A stretch of DNA of 60,897 bases, the filler included. It is 6 parts of 6 records of this genome, joined end to end, with 100 filler letters (N's around TTAATTAATTAA, not from the genome) between each part and the next. Parts side by side here need not be neighbours in the genome. Positions count along the whole stretch, not along the records: positions 55,360 to 60,897 come from SRR2962707_3938; 5 more parts are not named here. The stretch is one strand, 5' to 3'. Position 1 is the first letter of the stretch. The number at the start of each line of letters is the position of its first letter. Of this stretch, positions 57,764 through 60,897 are shown piece by piece. The position numbers were made by a program, and so were the translations under genes. Under the pieces are notes generated by a model that did not search any database, had not been told where the DNA came from, and saw only the letters and a list, made by a program, of their open reading frames with translations.

Positions 57764-58180
57764 ATGTCTTCGGTTGAACTTACGGATTATCGGCCCAGCG
57801 AGGACGAACCGTTTATGAACCCGCGCCAGCGGGAATATTTCAGGAACAAGCTGCACGCCTGGAAGGACGAGATCTTGCGCGAAAGCCGCCTGACTCTCGA
57901 GAACCTCCAGGAGGAGAGCCAGAACCATCCGGACATGGCCGATCGCGCCAGTTCGGAAAGCGATCGCTCGCTGGAATTGCGGACCCGTGATCGCCAGCGC
58001 AAGCTGATTTCCAAGATCGATTCCGCGATCAAGCGCATTGACGATGGAACTTACGGCTATTGCGAGGAAACCGGCGATCCGATCGGCCTGGCGCGGCTCG
58101 ATGCCCGCCCGACCGCGACGCTGAGCCTGGAAGCCCAGGAATTGCATGAGCGCCGCGAAAAGGTCTATCGCGACGAGTAG
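57764..58180 (+). CDS. dksA: RNA polymerase-binding protein DksA (single-Cys, zinc-independent type)
   Basis: YRPSEDEPFMN, DMADRA, LRTRDRQRKLISKI, YGYCEETG...TLSLEAQ. Confidence 0.96.
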   Translation: MSSVELTDYRPSEDEPFMNPRQREYFRNKLHAWKDEILRESRLTLENLQEESQNHPDMADRASSESDRSLELRTRDRQRKLISKIDSAIKRIDDGTYGYCEETGDPIGLARLDARPTATLSLEAQELHERREKVYRDE

Positions 58181-58196
58181 TCCGAGAGCCGAAATG

Positions 58197-58223
58197 AAAA
58201 AGCCCGCAGTGATGCGGGCTTTG
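58197..58223. terminator. Bidirectional terminator between dksA and yciI
   Basis: AAAGCCCGCA-GTGA-TGCGGGCTTT. Confidence 0.85.
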
Positions 58224-58243
58224 TCTTTCCTGGCTTTCGCCTC

Positions 58244-58666
58244 TCAGCTCCTGGGCGTGCGTTCCGCGTTGCGATCGTGAATGGCTTGAACTTCAGGCGT
58301 CATTTCGCTGGCGAAGTCGGACATTTCGATCACCGGGCGAATGTCGATATCGCTTTCGGTGAACATGGGGTTGGGGCAGCGCTTGACCCATGCGACGGCC
58401 TCGTCCATGTCGCGCACTTCCCAGATCCAGTAGCCGGCAACGATTTCCTTGGTTTCGGCAAAGGGGCCGTCGATGACCGAGCGGTCCGAGCCGGAAAAAT
58501 GCACGCGCTTGGCGTGTTTGGTGGCCTTGAGCCCATCGCCGCCGAGCATGATGCCGGCATTGATCAGTTCCTCATTGTACTTGCCCATGGCTTCGAGCAG
58601 TTCGGTGGTGGGCATGACGCTGTTCTCACTGTCCGCAGTGGCTTTGACGAAAACGACTACACGCAT
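58244..58666 (-). CDS. YciI family protein
   Basis: MGKYNEELINAG, DGPFAETKEIVAGYWIW, EAVAWVKRCP. Confidence 0.9.
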   Translation of the reverse strand: MRVVVFVKATADSENSVMPTTELLEAMGKYNEELINAGIMLGGDGLKATKHAKRVHFSGSDRSVIDGPFAETKEIVAGYWIWEVRDMDEAVAWVKRCPNPMFTESDIDIRPVIEMSDFASEMTPEVQAIHDRNAERTPRS

Positions 58667-58780
58667 TTTTCTCTCCTGTTTTTGCCGCAGGCCCGATTGC
58701 CTGTCTGAAAAGCCGACGAGTGGTGGCGGAAGGCTTCGACAAATTTTCTCGCAGATTGTTCGTCAGGGACAGGGAAAAGC

Positions 58781-58807
58781 AAAACGGGGCCCGAAGGCCC
58801 CGCTTTT
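58781..58807 (-). terminator. Terminator after the second curlin gene
   Basis: AAAA-CGGGGCC-CGAA-GGCCCCG-CTTTT. Confidence 0.8.
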
Positions 58808-58827
58808 GGTGGTGGATTGCGCCTGGA

Positions 58828-59241
58828 TCAGAAGCCGATGACCGTGGTGATCCCGCTCTGATTGTCGCCGTTCTGCAGGCATTGCGCGTTGGTGGCCTCG
58901 CCGAACTGGAACAGGCCGCAGCTATTGTTGTTGCCGTTCTGGTTGATGGAGCCGTTATGCCCATCGCCTTCCTGCCAGATCAGGCCGTGATTGCCCGAGC
59001 CGTTCTGATTGAACCCGGCCGAATTGCCCGAGCCGTTCTGGTAGCCATTGGCGCCGCTGGCCGAGAGGCCCTGCATCAGCGAAAACATCTGCAGCCCCAC
59101 CCCCAGGGCCTGAGCCTGATCGGGGTCAGAAGGAGCAAAGCCGATGGCGATCTGGCCGCCGGCGATGGCGGGTGCTGCCGAAAGGCCGAGCACGGCGGCG
59201 GTGAAGGTGGCGGCGATGGTGCGGGTGAAGCGGGTGGTCAT
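58828..59241 (-). CDS. Curlin-repeat protein (minor, CsgB-like candidate)
   Basis: Signal peptide ending AIA; non-repeat segment; 11-aa half-repeats NSAGFNQNGSG, NHGLIWQEGDG, HNGSINQNGNN, NSCGLFQFGEA, TNAQCLQNGDN. Confidence 0.85.
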   Translation of the reverse strand: MTTRFTRTIAATFTAAVLGLSAAPAIAGGQIAIGFAPSDPDQAQALGVGLQMFSLMQGLSASGANGYQNGSGNSAGFNQNGSGNHGLIWQEGDGHNGSINQNGNNNSCGLFQFGEATNAQCLQNGDNQSGITTVIGF

Positions 59242-59321
59242 CTGTGTTCTCCAAAAACTGTGTTTGCGTTCCCTTGTTGCTGGTCTTCCCAGCGCTTGAG
59301 ATCACCCTAGTTCTGCGGTCC

Positions 59322-59358
59322 TGAACCGGTTCGGAGCGGGCCGTTCAGACAGCGTTCA
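59322..59358 (-). promoter_or_regulatory. Four-site TGAAC/GTTCA box upstream of the second curlin
   Basis: TGAAC-N6-GGAGC-N5-GTTCA-N6-GTTCA; TAGGGT follows 12 nt downstream on minus. Confidence 0.75.
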
Positions 59359-59374
59359 GCCAATGGCTCCGGGC

Positions 59375-59402
59375 AAAAAAAAACGCCCCGCCGAAGCGGG
59401 GC
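59375..59402 (-). terminator. Rho-independent terminator after csgH
   Basis: GCCCCGC-TTCG-GCGGGGC then G and T9 on minus. Confidence 0.9.
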
Positions 59403-59426
59403 AGTGGGGAAGGATGGGGGATGCGT

Positions 59427-59807
59427 TCAGGTATGGGTGAGCAGTGGTTCGGAACAATCGAGCCGCTTGCCATCGGCGGAGATGGTGAAGTCGACATCTA
59501 TCGATGCCCCGGCATTGACCATCACCTTGCCGAGCGAGACGGGAGCGCCGGGTGCTACGGAGAATTGCCCGCCCTGGCTGATATTGCTGGTGCCGCCGGC
59601 GCCCTGGCTTTTGAGTGCGAAACGATATTCGCCGCTGAGCGCCGTGGGGCTTTCGACAATGCCTTCAATGGCCAGCAGACCGCGTTCGGTCTGGGTGGAA
59701 ATGCCACAATTGAGGTCGCTGTCATTGCTGGTGGCGTGGGCGGCAGCGCCGGCCAGGGCCAGAGCGCCGAAAGCCAGAATGCCGATGCGAAGTGTGGAGT
59801 GAACCAT
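59427..59807 (-). CDS. csgH: Curli assembly chaperone CsgH-like
   Basis: Signal peptide; CGI...SGEYRF...GGTSNISQGGQF...C-terminal Cys; between two curlins; GAGGAGG RBS. Confidence 0.85.
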   Translation of the reverse strand: MVHSTLRIGILAFGALALAGAAAHATSNDSDLNCGISTQTERGLLAIEGIVESPTALSGEYRFALKSQGAGGTSNISQGGQFSVAPGAPVSLGKVMVNAGASIDVDFTISADGKRLDCSEPLLTHT

Positions 59808-59865
59808 GTTGTCCTCCTCTTGGAATGGGGTGGGACCGGCTTTGGCCGGCCCCGGCGCATTCGAG

Positions 59866-60300
59866 TTACGGGCAGACCTGCACGAAGGCGCTGACATTGT
59901 TCGAGCCGTGCTGGACCATATTGGCATTGCAGCCATTGCCCACCTGCACGCCGGCGGCGGTGTTGCCATTGCCGTCCTGGGTCAGGATCGCGTTGTGATC
60001 GTCGCCGAACTGGGCGACGCCGCCCTGGTTGTTCCATCCGTCCTGCCAGACATCGCCGTAATTGTTGTTGCCGTCCTGGCCGATGGCGGACGTATTGTTG
60101 CCGCCGTTCTGATTGGAAACACCGGTGTTCCAGTTGCCGTCCTGATAGGCACCGAAAGTGTTGTTCCAGCCGGACTGGCCACCGCCGACGGCGTTGCCGA
60201 AGCCGTATTGCTCGATGAACAGGCTGTTGGCCATGGCGGGAGCGGCGGCACCGGCGATGACAGTGGCGGCCAGGGTGGTGATGAGAAGCTTGCGGATCAT
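59866..60300 (-). CDS. Curlin (major, CsgA-like candidate)
   Basis: Signal peptide ending AMA; about 5.5 22-aa repeats N-x5-Q-x-G-x2-N-x5-Q-x-G; AAGGAG RBS. Confidence 0.9.
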   Translation of the reverse strand: MIRKLLITTLAATVIAGAAAPAMANSLFIEQYGFGNAVGGGQSGWNNTFGAYQDGNWNTGVSNQNGGNNTSAIGQDGNNNYGDVWQDGWNNQGGVAQFGDDHNAILTQDGNGNTAAGVQVGNGCNANMVQHGSNNVSAFVQVCP

Positions 60301-60375
60301 TGGTCGTCTCCTTGGGTTGGGGCTGCGGTCCCTCCGACCGCGTCGTTGATGGAGACTGTTTTAGGGGAGTGATTT

Positions 60376-60412
60376 GGAACGCCCAGTGAAGCACGGGTTC
60401 AGATAGCGTTCA
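60376..60412 (-). promoter_or_regulatory. Four-site TGAAC/GTTCA box upstream of the first curlin
   Basis: GGAAC-N6-TGAAG-N5-GTTCA-N6-GTTCA; TAAAAC follows 12 nt downstream on minus. Confidence 0.75.
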
Positions 60413-60476
60413 TCAAGAAGGCGGCGGAAATTGATTCCGCCGCCTTGTGTAAGTGTCTGAATTTGATAGCGGAATA

Positions 60477-60896
60477 TTACCCGCCGTAGCGTTTCTTTAG
60501 ATGGGCCTTGAAGTAGTCGGCATTGAGCGGCTTGCCCGTGGCGCGGGTGATCAGCTCGGGCGTCGAGTAGTGCGAGGCCTCGGTCCAGACCTTGTCGGCG
60601 CGCCATTGGTTGATAGCGCCGAACTGGCCCTTGCGGATCTGCTCACACATGTCGGGCAGGTCCTTTTCCATGGCGGCGGACAATTGCGCGGCGATCATGG
60701 CGCCCAGCGTGTAGCTGGGGAAGTAGCCGAAGGCGCCGCCGGGCCAGTGCACATCCTGCATCGGGCCGTCCTTGGGATCGTTGATGGTCGAAATGCCGAG
60801 ATATTCGATCATCTTGGTGTCCCAGGCTTCGGGAATCTGGCTGGCCTCAAGCTTGCCTGAGACGAGGTCCTGTTCCAGCTCGTAGCGCAGGATGAC
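60477..60896 (-). CDS. M32 family carboxypeptidase, C-terminal part
   Basis: VILRYELE, MQDVHW..GAFGYFPSYTLG, RATGKPLN. Confidence 0.92.
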   Translation of the reverse strand, partial: VILRYELEQDLVSGKLEASQIPEAWDTKMIEYLGISTINDPKDGPMQDVHWPGGAFGYFPSYTLGAMIAAQLSAAMEKDLPDMCEQIRKGQFGAINQWRADKVWTEASHYSTPELITRATGKPLNADYFKAHLKKRYGG

Positions 60897-60897
60897 G

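Noticed and set aside
57764-58180. DksA lacking the four-Cys zinc finger as a novelty
   Set aside because: Zinc-independent DksA is already known in Alphaproteobacteria.

Overview
This is not one locus. It is six unrelated contigs joined by five artificial 100-bp spacers (44 N + TTAATTAATTAA + 44 N) at 10139-10238, 20003-20102, 28921-29020, 44032-44131 and 55260-55359, so no linkage is inferred across spacers. Taxonomic labels are inferences from gene content and order. (1) 1-10138, GC-rich, Rhodobacteraceae-like: partial Lys/Arg/Orn decarboxylase, an Mre11/SbcD-like nuclease with a hook-less Rad50/SbcC-like ATPase, ftsB, pgk, two cyclophilins, a FemAB-like GNAT, a candidate 42-aa membrane peptide, tyrS. 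(2) 10239-20002, Parvibaculum-like alphaproteobacterium: rpoA end, rplQ, degQ, bfr-bfd with Fur-like boxes, rarA-crcB-RluA-HAD-AsmA-ATP12, pccB start. (3) 20103-28920, alphaproteobacterial tungstate uptake and formate-dehydrogenase maturation locus: tupBCA, fdhD, a MobA-DUF3305 fusion, DUF3306, a TorD-family chaperone, then a four-unit hairpin array. (4) 29021-44031, Alcanivorax/Pseudomonas-like origin-proximal region (tag, glyQS, gmhB, plsC, H-NS, gyrB). A ~7-kb catabolic island (Liv-type ABC transporter, SnoaL, PuuE-like hydrolase, GntR) with back-to-back sigma54 promoters sits between glyS and gmhB, and IS5-like ends/MITE are present. (5) 44132-55259, AT-rich Flavobacteriaceae: sugar kinase, gap, pfkA, tamB (probable ATC start), tsaD, rsmE, M15 dipeptidase, porin start. 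(6) 55360-60897, Devosia-like: flgI-flgJ, fliX, dksA, yciI, and a minimal curli locus (curlin, csgH, second curlin) whose two promoters share an identically spaced four-site TGAAC/GTTCA box. Best leads: the curli locus and its operator, the sigma54 island, the hook-less Rad50/Mre11-like pair, the MobA-DUF3305 fusion, the hairpin array and the tamB start. No rRNA, tRNA or CRISPR array was seen. All calls come from motif recognition; no database search was run.
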